Positions 47,440 through 60,287 of a stretch of 64,000 nucleotides of DNA are shown here, piece after piece (the stretch's first letter is position 1; each line of letters begins with the position of its first letter). The stretch is from Eledone cirrhosa (taxonomy: Eukaryota): assembly GCA_964016885.1 (NCBI GenBank), contig OZ024741.1, positions 15,562,001 to 15,626,000 on the forward strand, read 5' to 3'. Below the pieces are notes generated by a model. It saw only the letters and a list, made by a program, of their open reading frames with translations, was not told the origin of the DNA and searched no databases. A program made the position numbers and the translations under genes.

Positions 47440-49015
47440 GGTTGAGTTCCGTGGGATTGATACCAGTGAGCTGGGACTCCTACTTAAGCTTACCCATAGT
47501 AATAGTTACCTATACACTTATGACCTTAGCAACCTGTGCCCTACAAGACCAGCAAGAGGCAGACCACCTACCATTACCTCAATGGCCAAGAAAACCCACA
47601 CAGATAGATGGAACGGGTGGACCAGAGCCATACGGACACCCGAAAACCACGATGAACTGAAGAAAATGATTGCACATGCGGTAGGGGCCAGCATAAAATT
47701 AACCCTTAAGGAACATATGTTCAAATTTAATGGTAAAACATATGCCCAAGAGGAAGGAGCAGCCATTGGTGTTAGCATTGCAGGCGACATAGCTAACTTA
47801 TTCATGGTATGGTGGGACTGTAGACTTAAACAAAAACTTAAAGTACAATTAGAAGACAGCTTAACCCTGATAATGTACTCCCGCTACGTAGATGATATAA
47901 ACATCGTAGTTAAGACACCCCCACTAAAGAACAGTCAGGAACTAGAGAAAAACACAATGGAAAGCATCCAGCAAATAGCAAACTCCATCCACCAGAGCAT
48001 TAGAGTTACTATAGACTACCCAAGTAGACACCCCAACCATCGATTACCTGTACTAGACACAGAGCTCTGGTTAGATACCATTAACAACCAAAAACAAATC
48101 CTCCATTCCCATTATGCCAAACCCATGACTTCCAAACATCTGATCCACCGAAACTCGGCCATTTCGGACCATACCAAAATCAACATACTGATTGCGGATT
48201 TGGTACGGGTGATGAGAAATGTGTCCCGCATGTGCAACCCCGAAGAACTAGAGAGACACATACAACACTTCATCCATCGTATGCAGTTCTCTGGCTACAA
48301 TCAGAGAGATAGAATCAGAGTGTATAAAGGAGCCAGAACCAAATGGGAAAAAATGGTAAATAATGACATAAATGGGACCTGCCCCTTGTATAGGAGCAAA
48401 TTTTGGAATAGAATAGAAAGAACTAGGAACAAGGCTAATAGAATAAACTCATGGTATGATAGCAATAAATACCAGAGTGTAATGTTCATCAATACAACCC
48501 CTAGAGGCGAACTAGCCTACAAATTTAGAAGGGCCCTAAATAAACATAAACTCAATATTAAGATAGTAGAAAGACCAGGTACCTCCGTAAAAACACTTAT
48601 TAGCAAGACATACCCGTTCCAAAGACCCTCATGTATAGATAAGAAATGTATAACCTGTAAAATAAGCCCCCATATTAACTGTAAAACTAGAAATGTAGTG
48701 TATAGCATCAGATGTACTGAAGGACAATGTAGAAACAAAAATATAGTGTACATAGGTGAGACAGCTCGTAGTATAGGGGAACGAATAAATGAACACTGGC
48801 GAGACCTTCAAGATAATAAAGAATCATCTGTGCTCTACCAACATGCTAAGATAGAATACAGGGGTAGATTAGAGAACATTGAAATAAAAATAGAATCCAC
48901 ACACAGAAAAGATGAAATGTTTAGGCAAATTACAGAGGCAGTAAGCATAAAAGAATTACAACCAAAATTAAATAGAAGATATGAGTGGAACAGCAACATC
49001 ACAACTTACAATTAA
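47162..49015 (+). CDS. Penelope-like (Neptune-type) RT + GIY-YIG, inverted second copy (right arm)
   Basis: Same motifs; differs from the left arm at 6 aa. True coding homology begins near 47330 and the upstream part of the ORF call is antisense read-through. Confidence 0.93.
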   Translation: MLSLIISTHFSTAKSTSIDGYRDTTSILPIMQFVRSPYRLPAPILLRRSSVLSHTSGDLTNCIIGSMDVVSLYPSIDVDFAVEKCVEMISESKVEFRGIDTSELGLLLKLTHSNSYLYTYDLSNLCPTRPARGRPPTITSMAKKTHTDRWNGWTRAIRTPENHDELKKMIAHAVGASIKLTLKEHMFKFNGKTYAQEEGAAIGVSIAGDIANLFMVWWDCRLKQKLKVQLEDSLTLIMYSRYVDDINIVVKTPPLKNSQELEKNTMESIQQIANSIHQSIRVTIDYPSRHPNHRLPVLDTELWLDTINNQKQILHSHYAKPMTSKHLIHRNSAISDHTKINILIADLVRVMRNVSRMCNPEELERHIQHFIHRMQFSGYNQRDRIRVYKGARTKWEKMVNNDINGTCPLYRSKFWNRIERTRNKANRINSWYDSNKYQSVMFINTTPRGELAYKFRRALNKHKLNIKIVERPGTSVKTLISKTYPFQRPSCIDKKCITCKISPHINCKTRNVVYSIRCTEGQCRNKNIVYIGETARSIGERINEHWRDLQDNKESSVLYQHAKIEYRGRLENIEIKIESTHRKDEMFRQITEAVSIKELQPKLNRRYEWNSNITTYN

Positions 49016-49316
49016 GGACAAAATGAAAACACACACAGGACAAAATGAAAACACACACACACATAGAACAAACAACTTACAATTAAGGACAAAATGAAAA
49101 CACACACAGGACAAAATGAAAACACACACACACATAGAACAAACAACCAACCAACAATAAATAAATAAATAAATAAACAAATAGATAAATGAACACAAAC
49201 ACACACAGACACCCGGATGTGGCGCATGCGCAAACTGAGCACACAACACACACACAGAAACAAAATGGCGTAGGATAGAAGAAAGGAAAGGCACAGAAAC
49301 AAAGAAAGGGATCCCC

Positions 49317-49361
49317 AGTCACTGAAGAGGTCACAGAGTGTGTGACGAAAGGACTATGACT
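49317..49361 (+). ncRNA. Minimal type I hammerhead ribozyme-like motif in the Neptune 3' pLTR
   Basis: AGTCA-CTGAAGA-G-GTCACA(gagtg)TGTGAC-GAAA-ggac-TA-TGACT: stem I, core, stem II and a minimal stem III. Confidence 0.7.
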
Positions 49362-50209
49362 ATATATAAACAACTATCTGGTTGTGGAACCAACCAACCA
49401 ACCAACCAACCAGAAATTTATAAGTTTGTAGATTTGTAAATTTATAAATTTATAAATATATAATAAATTGAAGTGAAACAACTGGTGCGTGTGTTTCTTA
49501 TTGGCAACATGACCTTCCCAAAGTATAATAATATCGGTTTCAACACACGATTTCAGATAAAAAATCTTGCTAAACAAATTCAGAAACGAAATATATATAC
49601 ACAAATATATACAAACATAAATATATTTCCATATCATACATAGATGTTTATTTTCACTCATGCAATTACGGGTGGTTGTGTATCTTCTTGCCTTTAGTCA
49701 TTAACGCATAAATCTAAGGAAGCTAAAACATTAAAAGGCAAAAATAAGCATGAAAGCATATAATTAGGGGAAAGAGGTACTAATAAATGTTATTCTATAC
49801 GGAATTATAGTGAGTTGCTATTTAGAATATTTAATTAGATTTATAGTATTTAATTAGGTTTATAGTATTTAATTAGGTTTATAGTATTTAAATGTTTTTC
49901 GTATACGGTGATTACAGACTATGATCAATTCCTGTCTTTTATTTAATAAATCGTCCTTAATTTAATAAAACGATCGTAAAGCAGTGAAGTATATCTCTAA
50001 TGACTTGATTTTTTATTTCATTGTTTTAACTTATGTCATGACTCTGTTTTCCTTTTAATGTTTTATTGTTTTCTGAGATTTATCTTAACCTACAACATTT
50101 TCAACATATGGATTACATTGAGTTCTTCATACAGAATATACCCCACAATTTACAGTGGATACCTCTGTGTATATATATATATATACCTCTGTGTATATAT
50201 ATATATACA

Positions 50210-51761
50210 TTTGTTTTGCGAGTTTTTTTATAGGAAATCGTGTGTCGAAACAAATATTGTTATACTTGGGGAGGGTAATATTGTTGTAATAATATTGCCA
50301 GAATTAATAACAGCCATTGTCGTCAGCATAACTGGTGACGTTGCCAACCTTTTTTATGGTATGGTGGGAAAGGAGACTCAAATATCTCCTTGATGAGAGC
50401 TCCATAGACCTCATCATGTACTCTTTTTACGTAGACGACATTAATATAGTAATAGGGACATCTCCACAAGAGAGTACTAACAAAAATGATTTAGAATGTA
50501 GCACAATGGAAAGCATCCAGCAGATAGTTAATTCCATACACCAGAGTATAACTGTGACTATCGACTACCCTTCCAAACACCCTAACAGTAGACTATCTGT
50601 ATTAGACACGGAACTCTGGATTAACACTATAGACGAGATGGCCCAAATTCTCCACTCAAACTATGCTAAACCCATGGCCTCCAAATACCTGATGCTCAAA
50701 ACCTCAGCAATGTCCAGTAGTGCTAAGTTTAATATTCTGATCGCAGACTTGGTACGAGTGATGAAGATCGTGTCCCCCATGTGCGACCCAACAGAAATGG
50801 AAAGACACATCCAACACTTCATCAACCGACTGCAGTTCTCTGGCTACAACCAAAGAGACAGAATCAGAGTATACGAATAGGAAATATATTATATGTACTA
50901 ATAGGAAATATATTATATGTAAAGTAAACGCCCGGATAAACTGTAAAACTAGAAACGTATTCTATAGCATAAGATGTACAGAGAGTACTTGCAGAAACAT
51001 GACAAAATCATACATAGGCGAGACAGCTCGTAGCATAGGTGAAAGGATAGACCAACACTGGGGGCGAGGGACTAAAGGGACGAAAAAACGGTTATACGAA
51101 CAGGCCAGACAACAACATGACGGTAACATAGACAACATTAAAGTAATATCTAAACATAAAAATGACCCAGCAGACAGGCAAATCAGAGAGGCTAGTGAAA
51201 TAGAACTTAGAAGGCTAAGGCTAAACAGAAAAAATGAATGGAATAACAACAACACCCAAACAAACAATACTGACCCAAGAGAAATATAAATAAATAAATT
51301 AATAAAATAAATACATACACAAGCACAATAACAACAAACACATATAAGCACACACTAGTAAACTAAGATAGAATACAATAACCAAAGCACAGTCACCCAA
51401 ACGCGAACCCACACCAAACACTATACACACACGCAAACGCATGCGCAGAGAAGAAGACAAAAATAAATAAATAAATAAATAAACAGATTAAATAAAGATG
51501 GCGTAAATATACAATACAACAGGAGGAACATAATAGCACCACTGACGATGTTGCAGATGTGCAACGAAAGAACTTTGTTAGACTATATATATGTTTATAT
51601 CTATATTATATCTGTATTTTTGACCGTTGGTCAGTCAATGGTAAACATTGAGGACCGAATGAATTAACTGATATAAAAGATACAGAAGCGAAAACCAACC
51701 AAACAGTGAGTGTGTTCTGTTATTAATTCTGGCAATAATATTACCCTCCCTAAGTATAACA

Positions 51762-51762
<1 letters not shown>
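50210..51762 (+). mobile_element. Decayed, internally deleted Neptune-type PLE (second subfamily) with inverted 5' tail
   Basis: RT remnant 50311-50880 (GDVANLF, YVDDINI, VTIDYPS, LSVLDTELW); GIY-YIG remnant ~50935-51250 (YIGETARSIGERIDQH); HHR-like motif at 51534-51585; 50210-50310 is an inverted copy of the 3' end plus tail. Confidence 0.88.
51534..51585 (+). ncRNA. Hammerhead-like motif
   Basis: CTGACGA-T-GTTGCA(gatg)TGCAAC-GAAA-gaac-TT; stem I is imperfect. Confidence 0.55.
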
Positions 51763-51837
<75 letters not shown>

Positions 51838-52209
51838 ATGAAAACAAACGTGCTGCGTGGTTGCAAATGGGTTACATATGAATAAAGTTAGTCCTTCATC
51901 AGTGATCTTCCAACCATCATTGGTATTTCATCGCTTTAAAGACCATATACCTCCGGTTGGTGCGAGCAACGGCTAAAGAAAGTCGTTGGGACACGTAAAT
52001 AAGGGGAACGAGCGAGACTGTAAACAAACAAAGATGGTAATGCAACGAAAAGTGAGGAAGAAAGAGTCAAGTCCCAGATTTCCATGAATATAAGTTCGGT
52101 GAAATCGTGAACGAGAGAGAATAAAGACCATTAAACCTAGTTGAAATGTGAGCAAGGAAGGAATTCCGCACAGGTCAAACGGGAGGTTAATATTTTGAAT
52201 TATTATTAT

Positions 52210-52334
<125 letters not shown>

Positions 52335-52377
52335 ATTCAAAATATTAACAAAAATAGACAATTCTTGTGATCAAGTA

Positions 52378-52444
52378 TATTTTATTATACATATTTCAGA
52401 GGTACTGAGCTAACTTCAACAGTACGTCCTCATCAGATAAAATA
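52378..52444 (-). ncRNA. Type I minimal hammerhead ribozyme
   Basis: TATTTTAT-CTGATGA-GGAcGTACTG(12 nt)CAGTACcTCT-GAAA-T(ATGT)A-TA-ATAAAATA. Confidence 0.78.
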
Positions 52445-52625
52445 AGATGATGCATGACATGCCCTGACATAGTAGATGGTTAAGATTCAGTCATGGTAGT
52501 GAGTAAGATATGACAAACTCAATATTTATATACCTTAAGATTGAGACATGAAAAAACTTACATATAATACATATAATACAGAGGGTATCATTCTTTGATT
52601 TATTCATTGAACCTTGTTTAACCTT

Positions 52626-52681
<56 letters not shown>

Positions 52682-52865
52682 ACCAAAACTACTTGATCGT
52701 TTTTTTTTTGGCTATGCGAATGATTGTTTAACCATCGTCGCAGTGTGTTTGGCGTTTAACGTTTGTTATAGCTCTGGTTCATCTGAACCATTGAGCACTT
52801 GCCTCACATCTCGGAGGTTGTTTTTCGTTATTTCGTGGGCCGAAATGCGAATCTCGATAATTTAT

Positions 52866-52899
<34 letters not shown>

Positions 52900-52954
52900 G
52901 GTGTTGGATGATTAAAGCGTCCGTAAGCGGTAAGCCGTTTGAGCACTCGATGCA

Positions 52955-53026
52955 CTTACAGAGTACTTGCAGAAACATGACAACATACATAGGCGAGACA
53001 GCTCGTAGCATAGGTGAAATGATCGA
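52955..53026 (+). mobile_element. Short PLE GIY-YIG fragment
   Basis: TYIGETARSIGE, close match to 50980-51050. Confidence 0.65.
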
Positions 53027-53285
53027 ACCTGACTATAAAATCGCAACGTCCTCAGATACGTCTCGTGAGTAGCAGAGAGTGAGTGAGTGAAAGTGTGAGG
53101 AAGAGGCTAACCGAGAGAGAGTTACTAGCAGAGGGGGTGAGTGAAAGTAAGAGGGAGAAGGAGAGAGAAGGGGGGAGAGAAAGAGGAAGGGAAGAGAAAA
53201 AGACACGTCACAGCGAAGGGGAAAGCTTATATGAATAAAAAATGGCGAGCTGTGTTGTTGCAAATAGGATATATATAATATATAT

Positions 53286-53318
<33 letters not shown>

Positions 53319-53399
53319 AATATATATATGGGAGGAGGTTATAGTTCACTAGAATATAAAAGAAACACGAACACAGATATATATATATCTGTATATATA

Positions 53400-53860
<461 letters not shown>

Positions 53861-54752
53861 TATATATATATCTGTGTTCGTGTTTCTTTTATATTCTATT
53901 ATAATATACGGCTCGGAAATATCTCTTTCTTAGAGCTATTTTGTTGTAAGAGACTATTTTGAGTTCCTATCTCAATATATACCTTTAATATATTCGACTC
54001 CGTTAATTTGTTGAGCTATTTAAAATGTCGGGTAAACCTGGCTGCTGTTTTTAGTGGTGTGGGTTTGTGAGACTCGCTAGGATGTCATGTGCGTTGTTTT
54101 ACCTACTATATAAATTGGAAGTGGTCGGACGTTGTATATTTAAGTAAGTAGGTGTAGTCGGATAAACGTCGAAACGGCTTGGTGGAATGCAGCGAAAATG
54201 TACACAGTTATGCAGAATGACCTGAGGAGGCGTTGAGTCGACTTTCAAGCTACAAGCTTCTATGGTTACGGAGAAAATCGATGAAACAGGAATTTCCCAT
54301 GCAAATTGAACTGAGAGTAATCTGTGAACGCAGAAGTAAATATTTCGAGAAACGTTGCAACCGAACAAAAACAGGAAGACGATATTTTGGTTCGTGAAGA
54401 CGTTCCCCGGCAATGAACGGGAAAAAAGCGAGGATAATACGTCGTTGTGGACCGAGAAGAACAATTTCATGCAAAGACAAGACCAAGTTTATGGTATAAA
54501 TGGAGTCGTTAGACTAATATTCTATTAAAATAACAGAATGATTTCCAGCCCCGGAGTTTAAGAATGATGTAAATAAAATTGAAAACGAAAATGACAGAGG
54601 TTATTAAAATAGTAAAAGTAAATAGTGAAGATTTAAGCCAGTAAATACGTATGCCCCGACGGACATACACATACATACGCACACACAAATACATACACAT
54701 CCACAAACACACACACACACACACACACGCACGCACGCACGCACGCGTGTGT

Positions 54753-55131
54753 ATAAACCTTATGCATTTCTACAGTATTTTCACCAAACTTAAGACATAG
54801 GTTACTTATGTACTCCGGATGGTCATGGGCACTGTCATTTTTCCAGATATTGATTATAGCGCCTCCCGGCAGATAACCACTTTATTGGAGTCGACTGAAG
54901 CACTGAAGTGCAATGCAACAAAACGTCATAACTTCTGGAGTTCGCAACCGATTTTCACAAAACTTGACACATGGGCTACGTTTGTCCTACAGATGAATGT
55001 GAACTCTCAGAATTGGAAAAAGCCGATGATTTTGTAAAAGTATAGTTTTCGAAGCAGCACTGAAGTATTGACATAAATGGTATACACAACTGCTATTTAA
55101 TATCCGAGCAACACCGGGTACCTCTGTTAGT
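54753..55131 (+). mobile_element. Non-autonomous Helitron (another 3' end at 21103-21133)
   Basis: CCGATTTTCACAAAACTT motif and CCGAGCAACACCGGG hairpin plus TTAGT; 21105 has CCCGAGCAACGCCGGG plus CTAGT. Confidence 0.55.
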
Positions 55132-55174
55132 ATTTTATATATAGCATACATAGATGTGTCTAAGATACTAATTC

Positions 55175-55248
55175 ATCACACACTGATGAGCTTGGATAGT
55201 ATTTCTATTCACAATTAACTTTGCGAAACACTAAGTTGTCTGGGTGAT
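55175..55248 (+). ncRNA. Type I hammerhead ribozyme
   Basis: ATCACACA-CTGATGA-GC...GC-GAAAC(actaagtt)GTC-TGGGTGAT. The downstream 55330-55430 matches a repeat also at 53866-53970 and 63112-63470. Confidence 0.72.
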
Positions 55249-55422
55249 TGGTAGTTACCACAATTCCGGTTTGTATTTATTTTCTTAATTTTTTCTTAAA
55301 TTGATACAGTCAAACCCAATTGTCTATAGTTAGTATTCATTTCACCTTAGCGAATCAGGTCCCTTGCGATTTGAACACATATATCTATATATCTGTGTTC
55401 ATGTTTCTTTTATATTCTATTA

Positions 55423-55467
<45 letters not shown>

Positions 55468-55509
55468 GCAAGTTTGTGTATATTTATGTATGCATATATA
55501 TCTATGTGC

Positions 55510-55976
55510 TTGTATATATATATATATATACAGAGGTATCCATAGTAAGTTGTGGGGTCTATTCTGCATGAAGAACTCGATGTAATCCATATGTTGAAAA
55601 TGTTGTAGGTTAAGATAAATCCCGGAAAACAATTAAACATTAAAAGGAAAAGAGTCATGATATAAGTTAAAACAATGAAATAAAAATCAAGTCATTAGAG
55701 ATATACTTCACTGCTTTACAATCGTTTCTAGGTGATGATAATACATTGTAGTTATACTTCGTTATTGATCTATGTAAGGTTAGTTACAAAATATTGCTTT
55801 TGAAAACAGCTGGTGATATGCATGTAAGTAAATATTCTCTTTATCTGATATTTTGTAACTAACCTTACATAGATCAATAACGGAGTATAGCTACAATGTA
55901 TTATCATCATCTAGAAACGATCGTAAAGCAGTGAAGTATATCTCTAATGACTTGATTTTTTATTTCATTGTTTTAA

Positions 55977-55980
<4 letters not shown>
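55510..55980. mobile_element. Fold-back pLTR element with a degenerate HHR (55793-55932); related copies at 43175-43400 (-) and 49966-50170 (+)
   Basis: 55660-55793 is inverted at 55848-55980. ATTGCTT-TTGAAAA-stem II-GAAAC(GATC)GTA-AAGCAGT, with the core reading TTGAAAA instead of CTGAAGA in two copies. Confidence 0.65.
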
Positions 55981-56043
<63 letters not shown>

Positions 56044-56586
56044 GTGAGGGTTTTTTTACAAAATGAAAAATAACCGATATATATATATATATAAACAAGG
56101 TTTAGCAAATAATGAAAAAGTTTCAAAATAAATTTTAAAAAATTGACTTTACCTACTATAGTTACCTTTACCGATCGGTTTCGAATCCCAAAAATAAACG
56201 GAGGCCATACGGCCTTCGTTGCAAAGAAAGATTCTCGTCAGAAGGTTCTTTTCATTCGAAGAATATAAAATTCTTGAATTTAAATTACGAACTAGCGCTA
56301 TCCAAAATTGTTCCCGAGATGAGAGTGAATGAAGTGGAATCAATTTTTTCAAGGGCCGAAGTAAAGATAGAGGCAGAGGGAGGTAGGTCAACCGGCCGCA
56401 ACTATCACTAGCAGCAGTCGGAACGACCAAATTTGCTTCTCAACAATAGAGGAGAATAGTAATAATAGGATATGTGTTCCTTCACGCACAAGGCGCTAAG
56501 GGACGCATGTATTGTCCAACCAAATGCCAATGTGGTTCAATGGCAGGTTAATAAATTAACGAGCCAGAACATATATAAATATATAT

Positions 56587-56808
56587 ACCAAAGGAATTGT
56601 GGTAAGGAACCAGATGGACCGTAACGCACCAGAGTACTCAATACTTAGGGTAGTAGAGTGGGAAATAGGAAAAATTATGACCCCGACGGCAGAGCTCAAG
56701 CCGTTTCGGCGGCTATTTCTGGACTAAATTAGACTAAAAAATTCTAATTTAGTCCAGAAATAGCCGTCGAAACGGCTTGAGCTCTGCCGTCGGGGTCATA
56801 CTTTTTCC
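56587..56808. mobile_element. Hairpin mini-element family D (other copies 2443-2550, 2847-3021, 17227-17420, 32139-32302, 41321-41510)
   Basis: Six ~110-220 bp copies, most with a clear terminal inverted repeat and each within (TA)n. They carry an HHR 3'-half-like GAAACGGC(ttgagctct)GCCGTC-GGGGTC. Confidence 0.75.
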
Positions 56809-57004
56809 TATATATATATATATATGTATATATTCATCTGCCACTCCCTTCCACTACTCCCTCCCACTACTCCTCCCATAGACACCACCACAAAATACTC
56901 TAACCTCTTCCTTCCCCTCTCTGCCACCATCTTTTCCTATCTCATACTGTTTCATCCCAGCAAAAAATCCCTACCCCCTCACAATACCCCATCTATTACC
57001 TCCT

Positions 57005-57092
<88 letters not shown>

Positions 57093-57173
57093 TATTCTCC
57101 ACCATCTCTCTCTACTTCTCCCTCGCTCTCCTTCTTACTCTCACTCTTTTTACTTCTCTCTTCTTTCCCCGCT

Positions 57174-57241
<68 letters not shown>

Positions 57242-57326
57242 TATTCTCCACCATCTCTCTCTACTTCTCCCTCGCTCTCCTTCTTACTCCCACTCTTTTT
57301 ACTTCTCTCTTTTTTCCCCGCTTCTT

Positions 57327-57358
<32 letters not shown>

Positions 57359-58008
57359 TTCTTTCTACTTCTTTTTCTGTCTCTTTCTAATTCCCTCTTC
57401 TTTCTCACATTCTCTCCTATTGCTCTTCGTTCTTTCTCCTGCTCCTTCTCTCCTTCTCTTACTCTCTATCTACCCCCCCCCCCCCCCCCCCGTCTACGGT
57501 CAGTATACATTATTGCCCCCACCACCTTACTTCTCCACACAGTAATATTTCACTTGACCTGCTAGAAATAACAAACAAATTTCACTAAAACCGCAGCCTA
57601 ACATCTTAGAAAAGGACACTGGATAACACACATGGAAAAATGAGCAGAATTGTCACGTCTGGAGCGCCTTTGACCATGAGGCTGCTAATATCACAGTTGA
57701 TATGAGGTTCTAACAACAAACACCAATTTCCTCCGACTCCAGATTTTCCTTTGTTAATATATTGAAGAAACTCCCAGAAACTACAACTGGAGCCATCTTG
57801 ACGAAAAGCAAATGGCCGATGCCGCCAGACAGGCCAGACGATGGGCAGTGACAAGACATTTCAATGTAGGAAGGGGCCGCGGGTAACATTGGAGCCACGT
57901 GTGTGAGCCCGAGCAAGGCCGATACCAGACAGGCCAGACGATGGGCAGTGACAAAACCTTTCAATGTAAGGTGCCGCGGGTAGCATTGGAGCCACGTGTG
58001 TGAGCCCG

Positions 58009-58400
58009 AGCTCTGTGTCTAGTACAGGTAATCTATGGTTGAGGGGCTTAGTTGAGTAGTCTATGGTAACTTTAATTCTTTCTACTTTTGGCACAAGGCC
58101 AGTAATTATCCAGTGTATTACTGGTACTTTATTTTATCGACCCCCGTAAGGATGAAAGGTAAAGTTAACCTCGGCGGGATTTGAACTAAGATCATAAAGG
58201 GCCGTAACTCTATACTACAAAGCATGGCGTCCGACTTTCTACTAATACTGCCATTTAATATTCTGGAGAATGGCGTTAGCTATTTTCTGGATGCTTTCCA
58301 TGGTGTTCCCCCCTAATTCCTGACCCTTCTCCTACAGGTGTGTCTTCATTATGATGTTTATGTCATCTACCTAGCGGGAGTGAACAGTCAGAGTTATGAA
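58009..58400 (-). mobile_element. Neptune RT fragment interrupted by a SINE
   Basis: The minus strand gives SR*VDDINII...NTMESIQKIAN and IKVTIDYS..NHRLPVLDTEL on either side of the SINE at 58081-58253. Confidence 0.75.
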
Positions 58401-58765
58401 ATCTTCTTCTTTTTCTTCTTCTTCTTCTTCTTCTTCATCATCATCATTATCATCATCATCATCATCTTCTCCTCCCATCCTTCTTCCTCTCCAGCCCTAT
58501 CTCCTATAGATATCATACAATGTGTACATTCAATTATATATGATATCAATCAGGAGAGTTTACATTAAGTAGAAGCTTATGATATTAGATATAGCAATAT
58601 ACATATGTGTGTGTGTGTGTATACGTGTGTATACACACATACACCTGCACATGTATATATGTGTATGTATGTGTATATATGTATATATATATATATAAAT
58701 GTGTGTGTATATATATCTATATCTTTATGAATGTATATATATATGTATATATATATATATATATA

Positions 58766-59151
58766 TGATGTTGGCCTCACCTTTAATGTACACCCAAGGC
58801 TTGGGACCCGTGCTATCCGCCCACAACAAAAGTCACACTCGCAACTCATAACAACAATACGGCACAAATATTTCACCTCAACCCCCCCCCCCCTCTCTCT
58901 CTTTAACATTATCACAAAATACATTAAAACAGAAACAGACCCCATCAAGTTCAAGAAGTCTTTGGACAAATTCCTTCAAGAAATCCCGGATAAGCCTCCT
59001 ACACTCGGATATGCCTCCGTATACAATAACTCTCTACTTGAGTGGGCCATGGTTCCCAAATCCTGATTTGAAAGACTTTGCCAGGTGGTGCTATTAACTT
59101 AGATATGGCCTGGGCCAATACTGGCCGAAACCTATCAAAGTTATCAAAGTT
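58766..59151 (+). mobile_element. CR1/L2-group LINE 3' end
   Basis: HPRLG...LFN...FKKSLDKFLQEIPDKP...NNSLLEW; terminal (ATCAAAGTT)2 repeat. Confidence 0.72.
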
Positions 59152-60170
59152 CAAAGGCCATTAACTTGCAGACCCCTGTAAGCGGAATTTGTCGATCTCG
59201 GATTTACAGAAACCTAGCGTGGATGTTGTATGTTATATGTGATGTATATTGTATGCTATACGTTATGTGTTATGTGTTGCATTCGATGTCCACGCGATGG
59301 TTAGGTCAGTCAAAATCTTTTCCTGAGTTCAGTTTTGTTTGTTACTATGGCAATGCGGCCAGACTGTCGGTCGCTATATTTGATTTGCAAAGCTGTCTAA
59401 ACGTATTGTTATAACTCTGGTGTAATATTCCCCATCAGGTGCTAAGCTGCATTCCGAATCTGCATTCGTTAGCTTAGCCGCAGCCAAAAGCTTCGTTGAT
59501 GCTGCACTAAAATTTGTATTTTTAACTTCTAGAATTAACGATTAACTGATTAATTTAATTAGACAATTCTATTGATTGATTAATTGTTTATGTTTGTTTG
59601 ATAACTTCTGGTTGAGTGCTTAATTCTGTTTGTCTAAGGGAATTTCATTCCTTTGTCCCAAATTTCGAATTGACCGCCATAACGGGGCTTACCTCCCTTT
59701 GGGAAATCCACGTGTCTATAGCGAAAATTACTGCTAGAAAACACACCAGCCGAGGCTATAGAACGCAAGACTTGTTGACGAAGTAAATCCTTTGTTCTGT
59801 CGTCAAAGGCCATTAACTTGCAGACCCCTGCAAGCGGAATTAGTCGATCTCGGATTTACAGAAACCTAGCGTGGATGTTGTATGTTATATGTGATGTATA
59901 TTGTATGCTATACGTTATGCGTTATGTGTTGCATTCGATGTCCACGCGATGGTCCAGGTCAGTCAAAATCTTTCTGGAGTTCAGTTTTTTTTCGTTGCTA
60001 TGGCAATGCGGCCAGACTCTCGGTCGCTATATTTGATTTGCAAAGCTGTCTAAACGTATTGTTATAACTCTGGGGTAATATTCTCCATAGAATGCTAAGC
60101 TGAATTCCGAATCTGCATTCGTTAGCTTGGCTGCAGCCAAAAGCTTCGTTGATGCTGTACTAAAATTTAT
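59152..60170 (+). repeat. Direct duplication of ~365 bp (59152-59520 and 59804-60170)
   Basis: Both start CAAAGGCCATTAACTTGCAGACCCCTG and end GATGCTG(C/T)ACTAAAATTT. Confidence 0.85.
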
Positions 60171-60287
60171 ATATATATATATATATATATATATGGTTAT
60201 GTAATAAACAACATAAGATGGGTAGTAAGATACGGAAACACTTCATATATATATATATGATACCACAAGATCTTCAACAGATACACT

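Larger units (their letters stand above)
45076..49579. mobile_element. Fold-back (inverted) PLE insertion, ~4.5 kb palindrome
   Basis: 45076-47272 is the reverse complement of 47329-49532, with a 56-nt spacer. The right arm carries an extra ~47-nt tail. The left flank is (TA)n and the right flank is AT-rich. Confidence 0.92.
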
